64,000 bases of DNA from Eledone cirrhosa (GCA_964016885.1 OZ024753.1:32240001-32304000); one strand, 5' to 3'; counted from the first letter of the stretch, positions 12,998 to 28,610 are shown. Translations and numbers: made by a program. The notes: generated by a model not told the origin, from the letters alone.

Positions 12998-15930
12998 GTT
13001 AAAGATGTACATCCATATATGTATACTGAAATACTAGTATGTATATGAATACACACACGTATACATATGTAGATGTACCAAGTTTTTTTCACTGGTCACT
13101 TTACTGTGAGTGGCCAGCTATTCTGTATGTAAACACACAGACAAACCGGTTTTTAGAGTCATACTGGTTTTTGAGGAAACACCTTTCCTCTATTCTCCAG
13201 AAAGCCAGACAAGGAATATTGAACTAGTTTCGTTGTTGTTACAACTCATCAGCAATATTTACCCATCTTCCGGCCTCTCTAGAGAATCGTAAAAGCACAT
13301 ATCGTTATATGCTTTTTCTATGAAAATTAGTAGTGGGCAGACTAATTTGCATAGAGTGTGAGTAAGTACCGGTTCAACGGAGACGATAAAAACAAATAAC
13401 GAAACGAAATTAAATTTCGTTTCGTTTGTAACTCACTTTTGTATGACTGACGCTTAAACAATTAAGTTAAAGATGTACATCCATATATGTATACTGAAAT
13501 ACTAGTATGTATATGAATACACACACGTATACATATGTAGATGTACCAAGTTTTTTCACTGGTCACTTTACTGTGAGTGGCCAGCTATTCTGTATGTAAA
13601 CACACAGACAAACCGGTTTTTAGAGTCATACTGGTTTTTGAGGAAACACCTTTCCTCTATTCTCCAGAAAGCCAGACAAGGAATATTGAACTAGTTTCGT
13701 TGTTGTTACAACTCATCAGCAATATTTACCCATCTTCCGGCCTCTCTAGAGAATCGTAAAAGCACATATCGTTATATGCTTTTTCTATGAAAATTAGTAG
13801 TGGGCAGACTAATTTGCATAGAGTGTGAGTAAGTACCGGTTCAACGGAGACGATAAAAACAAATAACGAAACGAAATTAAATTTCGTTTCGTTTGTAACT
13901 CACTTTTGTATGACTGACGCTTAAACAATTAAGTTAAAGATGTACATCCATATATGTATACTGAAATACTAGTATGTATATGAATACACACACGTATACA
14001 TATGTAGATGTACCAAGTTTTTTCACTGGTCACTTTACTGTGAGTGGCCAGCTATTCTGTATGTAAACACACAGACAAACCGGTTTTTAGAGTCATACTG
14101 GTTTTTGAGGAAACACCTTTCCTCTATTCTCCAGAAAGCCAGACAAGGAATATTGAACTAGTTTCGTTGTTGTTACAACTCATCAGCAATATTTACCCAT
14201 CTTCCGGCCTCTCTAGAGAATCGTAAAAGCACATATCGTTATATGCTTTTTCTATGAAAATTAGTAGTGGGCAGACTAATTTGCATAGAGTGTGAGTAAG
14301 TACCGGTTCAACGGAGACGATAAAAACAAATAACGAAACGAAATTAAATTTCGTTTCGTTTGTAACTCACTTTTGTATGACTGACGCTTAAACAATTAAG
14401 TTAAAGATGTACATCCATATATGTATACTGAAATACTAGTATGTATATGAATACACACACGTATACATATGTAGATGTACCAAGTTTTTTCACTGGTCAC
14501 TTTACTGTGAGTGGCCAGCTATTCTGTATGTAAACACACAGACAAACCGGTTTTTAGAGTCATACTGGTTTTTGAGGAAACACCTTTCCTCTATTCTCCA
14601 GAAAGCCAGACAAGGAATATTGAACTAGTTTCGTTGTTGTTACAACTCATCAGCAATATTTACCCATCTTCCGGCCTCTCTAGAGAATCGTAAAAGCACA
14701 TATCGTTATATGCTTTTTCTATGAAAATTAGTAGTGGGCAGACTAATTTGCATAGAGTGTGAGTAAGTACCGGTTCAACGGAGACGATAAAAACAAATAA
14801 CGAAACGAAATTAAATTTCGTTTCGTTTGTAACTCACTTTTGTATGACTGACGCTTAAACAATTAAGTTAAAGATGTACATCCATATATGTATACTGAAA
14901 TACTAGTATGTATATGAATACACACACGTATACATATGTAGATGTACCAAGTTTTTTCACTGGTCACTTTACTGTGAGTGGCCAGCTATTCTGTATGTAA
15001 ACACACAGACAAACCGGTTTTTAGAGTCATACTGGTTTAGTCTGCCCACTACTAATTTTCATAGAAAAAGCATATAACGATATGTGCTTTTACGATTCTC
15101 TAGAGAGGCCGGAAGATGGGTAAATATTGCTGATGAGTTGTAACAACAACGAAACTAGTTCAATATTCCTTGTCTGGCTTTCTGGAGAATAGAGGAAAGG
15201 TGTTTCCTCAAAAACCAGTATGACTCTAAAAACCGGTTTGTCTGTGTGTTTACATACAGAATAGCTGGCCACTCACAGTAAAGTGACCAGTGAAAAAACT
15301 TGGTACATCTACATATGTATACGTGTGTGTATTCATATACATACTAGTATTTCAGTATACATATATGGATGTACATCTTTAACTTAATTGTTTAAGCGTC
15401 AGTCATACAAAAGTGAGTTACAAACGAAACGAAATTTAATTTCGTTTCGTTATTTGTTTTTATCGTCTCCGTTGAACCGGTACTTACTCACACTCTATGC
15501 AAATTAGTCTGCCCACTACTAATTTTCATAGAAAAAGCATATAACGATATGTGCTTTTACGATTCTCTAGAGAGGCCGGAAGATGGGTAAATATTGCTGA
15601 TGAGTTGTAACAACAACGAAACTAGTTCAATATTCCTTGTCTGGCTTTCTGGAGAATAGAGGAAAGGTGTTTCCTCAAAAACCAGTATGACTCTAAAAAC
15701 CGGTTTGTCTGTGTGTTTACATACAGAATAGCTGGCCACTCACAGTAAAGTGACCAGTGAAAAAACTTGGTACATCTACATATGTATACGTGTGTGTATT
15801 CATATACATACTAGTATTTCAGTATACATATATGGATGTACATCTTTAACTTAATTGTTTAAGCGTCAGTCATACAAAAGTGAGTTACAAACGAAACGAA
15901 ATTTAATTTCGTTTCGTTATTTGTTTTTAT
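12998..15930. mobile_element. retrozyme-like tandem array A (467-bp monomer), head-to-head inverted
   Basis: ~4.4 near-identical monomers at 12998-15038, then ~1.9 inverted monomers at 15037-15930; one HHR per monomer; (TA)n on both sides. Confidence 0.9.
15123..15167 (+). ncRNA. type I hammerhead ribozyme, family A (also + 15590-15634; - 13215-13259, 13682-13726, 14149-14193, 14616-14660)
   Basis: AATATTG-CTGATGA-GTTGT(AACA)ACAAC-GAAA-CTA-GTT^-CAATATT; perfect stems I and II; palindromic AACTAGTT stem III. Confidence 0.92.
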
Positions 15931-15939
15931 ATATATATG

Positions 15940-15970
<31 letters not shown>

Positions 15971-15989
15971 GTATATATATATATAAATG

Positions 15990-16062
<73 letters not shown>

Positions 16063-16064
16063 GC

Positions 16065-16095
<31 letters not shown>

Positions 16096-16128
16096 AATAT
16101 ATATATATATATGTATATATATATAAAT

Positions 16129-16160
<32 letters not shown>

Positions 16161-16194
16161 GTATATATATATGTATATATATATATATGTATAT

Positions 16195-16523
16195 GAACAT
16201 TAATCAGTATACACTGAGGATGAAAAACTCAGAGCTGTATGGGAGCCTCCCAAAAGTCAGCTCAAAAGTGACACAGAGGAGACTGAGGTTGGCTGGACAT
16301 GCTCACCGACATCCAGAGTTGACATTGCACTCCGTGCTCCTTTGGGAGCCCCTACATGGACACACTGGAAGAGGAAGACCAAGGTTAACATATGTTGATG
16401 CCCTAAGGACAGACACTGGTCTGTTGGAGACGCAGGACATGGCAGCGATAATGAGGGACAGAGACCGCTGGAGAGAACTCGTCCATGGATCTCGGGAATT
16501 TTACCCGCCTTAGATAGATAGAT
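16195..16523 (+). mobile_element. RTE LINE 3' end
   Basis: [12 protein letters not shown]...LLWEP...[12 protein letters not shown]-terminal motif; the stop codon runs into a (TAGA)n tail; overlaps the end of the 7164/8999 fragments. Confidence 0.9.
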
Positions 16524-16526
16524 ATG

Positions 16527-16589
<63 letters not shown>

Positions 16590-16604
16590 GTATAGATAGA
16601 TATG

Positions 16605-16683
<79 letters not shown>

Positions 16684-16708
16684 GTATGTATATATACATA
16701 TATATGTA

Positions 16709-17839
16709 TACTCTTTTACTCTTTTACTCTTTTACCTGTTTCAGCCATCCGGCTGAGGCCATGCTGGGGCACCGCCCTTGTTGCTACACATTTTATCTCC
16801 AGCCTGTATAGGTTGGCCACTGGTGTAGGAGGGAGTTTGTTGCTGCTGCCCTTAGGTTTCCCTCGTGTCTTGCTGTGGGCTCATCCGGGATTCTGGATAA
16901 CAAGGTGTCGAGATGTTTCTTAAAGACATCCACCTCCACGTCATGCAAGTCTCGCAGATGTCTCGGCAGCCTGTTGAAGAGTTGAGGGCCCTTGAATCCC
17001 AGGCTATTGCAATACCTGCTCCTTATTCTAGATGTGGAAGACGGGACCTTTGGCACCACACAGTGACGTCCTGTTCGACGGTTGGTCCAGCTCCCAATGC
17101 CAAAGTTTGGTGCTAGTCCCTCCAGGATTTTCCACATGTAGATCACTGCGTATCTCTCCCGTCTTCGCTCCAAGGAGTAGAGGTTCAGTTCCTTCAGCCT
17201 CTCCCAGTAGCTTGTCTCCCTCATCTTGGCAATCCTCTTGGTGTAGCTTCGCTGGATTGCCCCAAGCTCTGTGGTTAGTTTGACACTATGGGGTGACCAC
17301 AGCTGGGAGCAGTAGTCCAGGCGGCTTAGGACAAAAGTCCTCCACAGTGTCAACATGGTGTCTCGATCTCTTGTAAGGAAAGTCCTCAAGATCCAGCCAG
17401 CGAATCGTCTACATGCTGTCGCCACCTTCATGATGTGTGAAGAAAAAGATGCATCATCGCTCATGTCTATGCCCAGGTCTCGTATCGATTTTGACACGGG
17501 GATATCGGTCCCTCCTGGTCCTGTGTAGCTGTGTTCCGCTATATTTGTGTTTGTGTTTGCAGGTTTGTATTGTAGGGCTTGGAATTTGCCAGCATTAAAC
17601 TGCATGTTGTTTTCTTCCGCCCATCTGTATATGGCATCCAGATCCTGCTGTAAGAGGGCAGCGTCAGCCGGGTTTTTGATTGCCTGTGCTACCTTAGTGT
17701 CATCAGCATAGCTAGTGAGGGATGTTGTTGCATGCACCACAGAGGGCATGTCCAAGAGAGCCACCAAAAACAGTAGTGGTCCCAGGACTGTCCCCTGAGG
17801 CACCCCACTTGTTATCGGTGTTTCCCTCGAGAGGGCCCC
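16709..17839 (-). mobile_element. CR1/L2-group LINE, 5'-truncated ORF2 (16793-17803) with 3' tail
   Basis: [34 protein letters not shown] and [11 protein letters not shown] motifs; open frame to the stop; (AAAAGAGT)n-type tail. Confidence 0.92.
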
Positions 17840-19626
<1,787 letters not shown>

Positions 19627-19677
19627 AAATATTAAATAAATAATGAATAAACAATTTCTTATATTAAACAAAAAGAG

Positions 19678-19832
19678 TTCATTATTTAACGATCGTTTCT
19701 AGGATATATATGTGTTAGAATTGGTATGCATATTAAACAGATCTATGTACAAAATTATACAAAATTATACAAATTATCAAGATTAAATATACATACCAAA
19801 CACATATATACGCCGTCTTCAGAAATAATGAA
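19678..19832 (-). ncRNA. hammerhead ribozyme with long stem II (left-arm copy)
   Basis: Reverse complement of 30695-30849. Confidence 0.75.
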
Positions 19833-20777
19833 GTATATTTATTGATAATAACAACAATTCAAAATTTCAGGTCCGTTTGGGAACAAAAATTGACCAATGA
19901 AAACACAAAGGGTTAAATGCAGTTCGGTGTGTGTATATACATGTAAAACCCTTACACATATTTTACAAAAATGTATGTATAAAATTGTATACGCATACTA
20001 AAAGGATGGATGCGAACACAAAATTTCAAGGTTAATGTCTCTGTGAGTTATTGACACTTATGAAGTTAAGTATATAAATATATTTTTTCATACTCACACA
20101 TATCCGTACAATCACACATACACGCGCGTATATGCATAAATATACACATAACCACGAACATACAAACACACACACACCCCCACTCACATTTATATATGTG
20201 GATATAAAATCATAAGCACATGGATATTAATTCACTCACATAAAACACTGGCATACACATTTTCAGATCAAGATACAGAAATTAGGTGGGAGGGGGGGGG
20301 GGGTCAGTATTCAACGGTCTGAACAGACTGCCTAATATAAATGTATCTATAAACTAAGAAAAATAAAACAAATAAAACATAATAAATAAAACATTAAGGA
20401 GGAAAGAATAGAAAGAAGAACAGAAAAAAGAAAAAAGAAAAAAGAAAAAAGAAAAAAGAAATATATCAAGAAAATAAATATACACATATACACATACATA
20501 CACATACATATATATATATATATAATATATATATATATATACACACACACATATAAATATATATAAAAAATATATATAAAAAAAAACCTACATATATATA
20601 TACACACATAGACACTTACACATCCATACATAAATATAACACACATATATAAATACATACATACATATAACCACATCCACACTAAGAACATACATACACA
20701 CACATATATAAACATATACATATACACACATACATACATATACACATATACATACAAATACACATACACATATATAT

Positions 20778-20808
<31 letters not shown>

Positions 20809-21134
20809 CACATATATATACATACATATACATATACACGTACATATACACACACATATACATATAATCACACATACTATACAGACACAGATATATATAA
20901 CCACACACATACATGCAAATATATAACACTTACATACTAATATACATACAGATATACACATACATAGCTATATATACACACAAATATATACAGATTTACA
21001 TATATACATACAGACAAATACTTACGCATCTATATATCGGTATATCCATACTAACACCAACTACACTATCACACAACATAGAAATACAAAGAGAAAGGTA
21101 TATACCTATACACACATACATATACAAATAGAAA

Positions 21135-21184
<50 letters not shown>

Positions 21185-21211
21185 TACACATACATATATA
21201 TATACATATAT

Positions 21212-21261
<50 letters not shown>

Positions 21262-21513
21262 TACACATACAAATACACATACATATACATACAGATATAT
21301 ACACATACATACATGTACACACACACAGAAATATATACGCATACATACATACACACATACATATAAAGTCATACACACATATACATCTACACGAACATAC
21401 ACATACACATATATAAAGTATATATACACACACACACACACACGCAACACATACACACATACACATATATATAAAAAAATAAATAATAAAGATATATACA
21501 TATATATATATAT

Positions 21514-21558
<45 letters not shown>

Positions 21559-21930
21559 CATACACACACACCTAAATATACATACACATACATACATACA
21601 TAGACATACATGTACGTACATATACGTACATCGATATACATATATATATATATATACATACACACATAGACATATACATACATACACACACAACTTACAT
21701 ACACACATATATATACATGTATATTCATACATAGAATTAGAAATATAATCATACATACATATGCACTTACTTATAGTCATATATACCAATACATACGCAT
21801 CCATTTATGCGTATATACATAAAAAACACTACAACGTTACCTAACTCAGACATACAAATAAAATATTAATAAAAAGGCATATGTATATACATACACACAC
21901 GCATTAATAGAGATATATATATACACACAT

Positions 21931-22002
<72 letters not shown>

Positions 22003-22116
22003 ACTCATACATATACACATATATATATATATATATATATATACAAAGATACCTACACATTCATACCACCATAAATACACATACAAACACCCACATATAC
22101 ATATATATACACACAC

Positions 22117-22165
<49 letters not shown>

Positions 22166-22284
22166 AAAAACAGACATGCACATATATATATATATTTTTC
22201 TACACTCATATATAGACATATTATATACATATACATAACTTCACTTATACATGCATACACATAAGTTATATTATAATAATAAAA

Positions 22285-22317
<33 letters not shown>

Positions 22318-22346
22318 ACATATATATATATATATATATACATACC

Positions 22347-22394
<48 letters not shown>

Positions 22395-22454
22395 CAAACA
22401 CATACATACACATATACACACATATGAATATAGATATATATTCACACATAGACA

Positions 22455-22511
<57 letters not shown>

Positions 22512-23997
22512 ATATACACAGACACATATACACACTCACATATATATATCTGTGTGCATGCACACACACATATATACATACATACATATATATACACATA
22601 AACACATATATGTGCATACATGCACATACACACACATATATCACATAGATACGGAGATAGACATATAAATAGAGAGACATACATATATATACAACACACA
22701 TACACACACATACATACACACGCATATACATATACATATATATATACATATATATATTCCTATATATACACATAACATATATATATACACATATATACAC
22801 ATACATACACATATACGTACACACATTCACATACACATACATATATAGATGCATATATACATACATATACATACATACACACACTCATATATACACACAC
22901 AATCTTACATTCATATTTGCATGCACATATATGTATTTTTATATTTAGATATAAATACCCAAACCTATATAGACACCTACCTACATATATATTCATACAT
23001 AGACGCTTACAAATACAGATGATAATAGTATGGGGGAAAAGGGGGGGTTTGGAGAAGGGGATCAAAGTAAATATATGTTTCAAGAAACATAGAAAATTTT
23101 CCGTATCTTTATCCAATATATGTTTTTTTTACATATTTTCAGTGTTATAAAATACAACAAATTAAAACTAAGGCAAAATCTATGCATCTCAAAATAAACA
23201 AGTATACCATTAACTATATGTTAACTAAACCAAAGATAGTTAACATATTGATTTCTAAGGTGTAAATTAGTTAGGTTTATAATATTTGAAGCAGAATTTT
23301 GAAGTTAAATAGTAGTAGAGTATTAATTACAGTATAACTAAATTAAAGTTAATAACATTATGGTGTCAATATTAGGAAATGAAATTAGTAATAGGGAAAA
23401 AACAAATAAAATAAAATAAAGTAGTACATCGGTAGTAGAATATAAAATATAGGTTAACTAAATTAAAAATTATATATTTATTTCTATAGTATATGTTAAT
23501 TAGGTATACAATACATAAAGCAGATATTGTATTTCATCAATAGCATAATATAATTATATGCAAATAGAAATCAAAATTAATACGCATACATATACATATA
23601 CATACACATACACATATACACACATATACACACAAATATATATATATATATATATACATATATATACATATACATACACACACACATACACATACACATA
23701 CACATATACATATACATATCTTTTTCAAAAAATTGCATAGAATATATTAACTAGGTATATATCCAAAACACATCGCATTCTATGATTACATGACATTCTG
23801 CAATTCGTCTGTATAAGGATACTAATATTAAGCAAATTAAAATTAAATTTTTAGGTTGATTAAAACTAAAATCAAATTATAAATATATTTCTAAAATGTA
23901 TATTAATTAGGTCAATAATACTAAAAATTATTTCTCTGTCATTGGAACCTCCTTAAAAAACATACCAATACCTTCTAAGGATGACTTCTTACTCCTT

Positions 23998-26367
23998 ATG
24001 ATTCAGAAAACTAATAATTTTATCAGAAGGGTTAGATGGAGAGCCTACCACTTCGATAGAAAATCTATACAAGCAGATCGGAAATATATGTATGATTTCA
24101 ATACTTACAAGAATCCACCACACAACTTTTTACTTGAAGACTTCGAGAAAGACCTTTTTAATTTAATTAAACACCTCAAATTTAAAAAGTATAAATCCGT
24201 CTTTCAAAAGGACCTTGATTCTACCCTATTGGACCTAAAAAAGTCTAAAAAAATCCATGTCCACTCGGACAAAACTGGTAACTTGTATCATATGGACATT
24301 GAACATTATAACGAGTTCATATATAAAGAACTCAGAAAAAATTATAAAAAATCTAATAATGTGTCACTCACCAACATCAACAACAAAACACACAACATAG
24401 TAAAAAAACTAAACATTGAAGATAGAACTGAACCTTTGGCATTGAAAAGACCACACTTCAACCTGAAAGATCACAAATCTAACTTTAACTCAAATCCTTC
24501 TATTAGACTTATATGTCCTTCCAAATCAGATATTGGAATAATTAGCAAAAAAATTTTAGATAGAGTCATCCCACAAATAAAAAAACACGTTATTTTACCA
24601 CTCTGGGAAAACACCTCCCAGGTAATTAACTGGTTTAAAAATATTAGGTGTAAATCTTCTGCTTCTTTCCTACAATTTGATATAGATAATTACTATTCTT
24701 CTATATCACCTATACTCCTGAACAAAGCATTGATATTTGCTAAAAATAGATCTAACTTAACTTTGGATGACATTAACATTATTACACATGCTAGACTAAC
24801 ACTTATTGAATTTCAGAATGAATACTGGACCAGAAACACATACAGTAATCTTTTTGATATTACTATGGGTTCAAGTGATTCCGCCCAAATTACTGATCTT
24901 GTGGGCCTCTTTCTCCTTTTCAACATAAATGCCTCTTTTCCCCACCTCAAAGGTGGTTTATATCGTGATGACTGTCTTCTTCTTTCTAACAACCTTAGCC
25001 TTTCAGAAATTGAAAAAAACAAAAAACATATTAGAACTTTCCTTAAAGACTATTATAATCTTAATATTACTTTTGAAAAAACAAGTAAAGTAGTAAATTT
25101 CCTAGATATAACTTTAGATTTAGCTACGGGTATCTACCAACCTTACCATAAACCTAACCAAAACTTACATTACATACACTCACAATCTAATCACCCTAAA
25201 TCTATCCTTAAAAACCTTGCATATAATATATCACTTAGAATTTCTAACCTTTCTTCTAACCAAGATGTATTTGATAAAAATGCGACCTTCTATAACGAAG
25301 CTCTAGATAGAAGTGGCCACAAAAATAGATTAGAGTATATACCTTCTACTAAAAATACTGAAAGCATGCAACATAATATTACCAACAAACACCAAATGAA
25401 AAGTACACACCTAAATGCCACCCACACTATACCCCAAAATACCAAATCTTCTAATATAAAGTATAGTAACTCTCAAAAAACTACTCATCATACAACTCTA
25501 ATAAATATTAATAATAAAACTCCTAATAAAAAAGATAAAACACCTAAATCTAAAAATATAACTAAAAATAGTTGTGGTGAGATCATTAACATTAATCCTC
25601 CTAGTAAAAATCACGATACAACCTATAAAAATAATAAAAATAATAAACAACATAGAAACCGTAATAGACGGGTTACTTGGTATAATGCTCCTTTTAATTT
25701 ACAAGTTAAGGATAATATTGCTAAAAAATTTTTTTATATCCTTGAGAAAAACTTCCCGCCAAACCACAAATACCATCAAATCTTAAATAGGTCTACAGTT
25801 AAATTCTCATACTCTACAACAAATAACATAAAACAAAATATAAGTGCATATAATGCATATAAATGTAAGAAAACCATAACTATACCACCAGTACATCAAA
25901 TTAACCATAATATCTCCTCAAATACAGAATTAACGAAAGGATGTAACTGTAGAAACAAAGCAAACTGCCCATTAAAAGGGAATTGTCTTGTTAACAACAT
26001 AGTCTATAAATGTAATGTTAAAACTAAAGATTCTATTTGCTCATATATAGGAGCTACCTCTAACAATTTTAAGACAAGGTTTAATACCCACAAGCATAGT
26101 TTTAAAAATGCTGCACTGGCTAATACAACATCTCTAGCTGAAAAAATCAATAGTTATAAAAATAAGAATATAAAATATGATTTGACCTGGAGTGTGCTCA
26201 AAAGAGCCACCCCTTATCAAAATAATAGAAATGAATGTAGATTATGTTCCCAAGAACTATTTGAAATAATGAAGTCTAAGGATATCTTATTAAATAAACG
26301 ACAGGAATTAATTATATCGTGTAATCATAAACTAAAAAAAACATTTAAATATTATAAACCTAATTAA
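23998..26367 (+). CDS. Penelope-like RT plus GIY-YIG endonuclease (Naiad-type), 789 aa
   Basis: DKT, FDI..YYSSI, MG, YRDD, FLD, PYHKPN..SNHP; CxCx5C (CNCRNKANC); IVYKC..YIG; C-terminal CRLC; an in-frame SLKNIP motif lies just upstream of the first ATG. Confidence 0.93.
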   Translation: MIQKTNNFIRRVRWRAYHFDRKSIQADRKYMYDFNTYKNPPHNFLLEDFEKDLFNLIKHLKFKKYKSVFQKDLDSTLLDLKKSKKIHVHSDKTGNLYHMDIEHYNEFIYKELRKNYKKSNNVSLTNINNKTHNIVKKLNIEDRTEPLALKRPHFNLKDHKSNFNSNPSIRLICPSKSDIGIISKKILDRVIPQIKKHVILPLWENTSQVINWFKNIRCKSSASFLQFDIDNYYSSISPILLNKALIFAKNRSNLTLDDINIITHARLTLIEFQNEYWTRNTYSNLFDITMGSSDSAQITDLVGLFLLFNINASFPHLKGGLYRDDCLLLSNNLSLSEIEKNKKHIRTFLKDYYNLNITFEKTSKVVNFLDITLDLATGIYQPYHKPNQNLHYIHSQSNHPKSILKNLAYNISLRISNLSSNQDVFDKNATFYNEALDRSGHKNRLEYIPSTKNTESMQHNITNKHQMKSTHLNATHTIPQNTKSSNIKYSNSQKTTHHTTLININNKTPNKKDKTPKSKNITKNSCGEIININPPSKNHDTTYKNNKNNKQHRNRNRRVTWYNAPFNLQVKDNIAKKFFYILEKNFPPNHKYHQILNRSTVKFSYSTTNNIKQNISAYNAYKCKKTITIPPVHQINHNISSNTELTKGCNCRNKANCPLKGNCLVNNIVYKCNVKTKDSICSYIGATSNNFKTRFNTHKHSFKNAALANTTSLAEKINSYKNKNIKYDLTWSVLKRATPYQNNRNECRLCSQELFEIMKSKDILLNKRQELIISCNHKLKKTFKYYKPN

Positions 26368-28045
26368 CAACATTATTTTTGAAATTAATTTAATTTAAAT
26401 GTTAGTTAACCTATATATTTAATTTAATTAAAATTTTATTACAGATCAGAATATAAAATATTATGTAATCATAAATTGTGAAAAACCTTTAAATATTACT
26501 AATATATACTTAGTAATTTAATTTATAGATTAATTTTAATTTATTTAAACCTTTTATTATTTTTATTATAATTCTTTTACAGATAAAATATAACAAAATA
26601 ATATCGTGTATCCAATGACAGAGAAATAATTTTTAGTATTATTGACCTAATTAATATACATTTTAGAAATATATTTATAATTTGATTTTAGTTTTAATCA
26701 ACCTAAAAATTTAATTTTAATTTGCTTAATATTAGTATCCTTATACAGACGAATTGCAGAATGTCATGTAATCATAGAATGCGATGTGTTTTGGATATAT
26801 ACCTAGTTAATATATTCTATGCAATTTTTTGAAAAAGATATGTATATGTATATGTGTATGTGTATGTGTATGTGTGTGTGTATGTATATGTATATATATG
26901 TATATATATATATATATATATTTGTGTGTATATGTGTGTATATGTGTATGTGTATGTATATGTATATGTATGCGTATTAATTTTGATTTCTATTTGCATA
27001 TAATTATATTATGCTATTGATGAAATACAATATCTGCTTTATGTATTGTATACCTAATTAACATATACTATAGAAATAAATATATAATTTTTAATTTAGT
27101 TAACCTATATTTTATATTCTACTACCGATGTACTACTTTATTTTATTTTATTTGTTTTTTCCCTATTACTAATTTCATTTCCTAATATTGACACCATAAT
27201 GTTATTAACTTTAATTTAGTTATACTGTAATTAATACTCTACTACTATTTAACTTCAAAATTCTGCTTCAAATATTATAAACCTAACTAATTTACACCTT
27301 AGAAATCAATATGTTAACTATCTTTGGTTTAGTTAACATATAGTTAATGGTATACTTGTTTATTTTGAGATGCATAGATTTTGCCTTAGTTTTAATTTGT
27401 TGTATTTTATAACACTGAAAATATGTAAAAAAAACATATATTGGATAAAGATACGGAAAATTTTCTATGTTTCTTGAAACATATATTTACTTTGATCCCC
27501 TTCTCCAAACCCCCCCTTTTCCCCCATACTATTATCATCTGTATTTGTAAGCGTCTATGTATGAATATATATGTAGGTAGGTGTCTATATAGGTTTGGGT
27601 ATTTATATCTAAATATAAAAATACATATATGTGCATGCAAATATGAATGTAAGATTGTGTGTGTATATATGAGTGTGTGTATGTATGTATATGTATGTAT
27701 ATATGCATCTATATATGTATGTGTATGTGAATGTGTGTACGTATATGTGTATGTATGTGTATATATGTGTATATATATATGTTATGTGTATATATAGGAA
27801 TATATATATGTATATATATATGTATATGTATATGCGTGTGTATGTATGTGTGTGTATGTGTGTTGTATATATATGTATGTCTCTCTATTTATATGTCTAT
27901 CTCCGTATCTATGTGATATATGTGTGTGTATGTGCATGTATGCACATATATGTGTTTATGTGTATATATATGTATGTATGTATATATGTGTGTGTGCATG
28001 CACACAGATATATATATGTGAGTGTGTATATGTGTCTGTGTATAT

Positions 28046-28100
<55 letters not shown>

Positions 28101-28160
28101 TGTCTATGTGTGAATATATATCTATATTCATATGTGTGTATATGTGTATGTATGTGTTTG

Positions 28161-28204
<44 letters not shown>

Positions 28205-28233
28205 GGTATGTATATATATATATATATATATGT

Positions 28234-28266
<33 letters not shown>

Positions 28267-28385
28267 TTTTATTATTATAATATAACTTATGTGTATGCAT
28301 GTATAAGTGAAGTTATGTATATGTATATAATATGTCTATATATGAGTGTAGAAAAATATATATATATATGTGCATGTCTGTTTTT

Positions 28386-28426
<41 letters not shown>

Positions 28427-28540
28427 GTGTGTGTATATATATGTATATGTGGGTGTTTGTATGTGTATTTATGGTGGTATGAATGTGTAGGTATCTTTGT
28501 ATATATATATATATATATATATGTGTGTATATGTATGAGT

Positions 28541-28610
<70 letters not shown>

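Noticed and set aside
13110-15739. Repeated 60-aa ORF in array A and 66-112-aa ORFs in array B
   Set aside because: The A ORF starts at GTG, the ORFs are not conserved between the homologous families, and several are antisense to the ribozyme strand; conservation follows RNA structure
12998-15930. CRISPR-like array
   Set aside because: Whole monomers are near-identical with no unique spacers; eukaryotic context
23998-26600. Selenocysteine recoding as in some Naiads
   Set aside because: No in-frame TGA; the ORF ends in TAA; no SECIS evident
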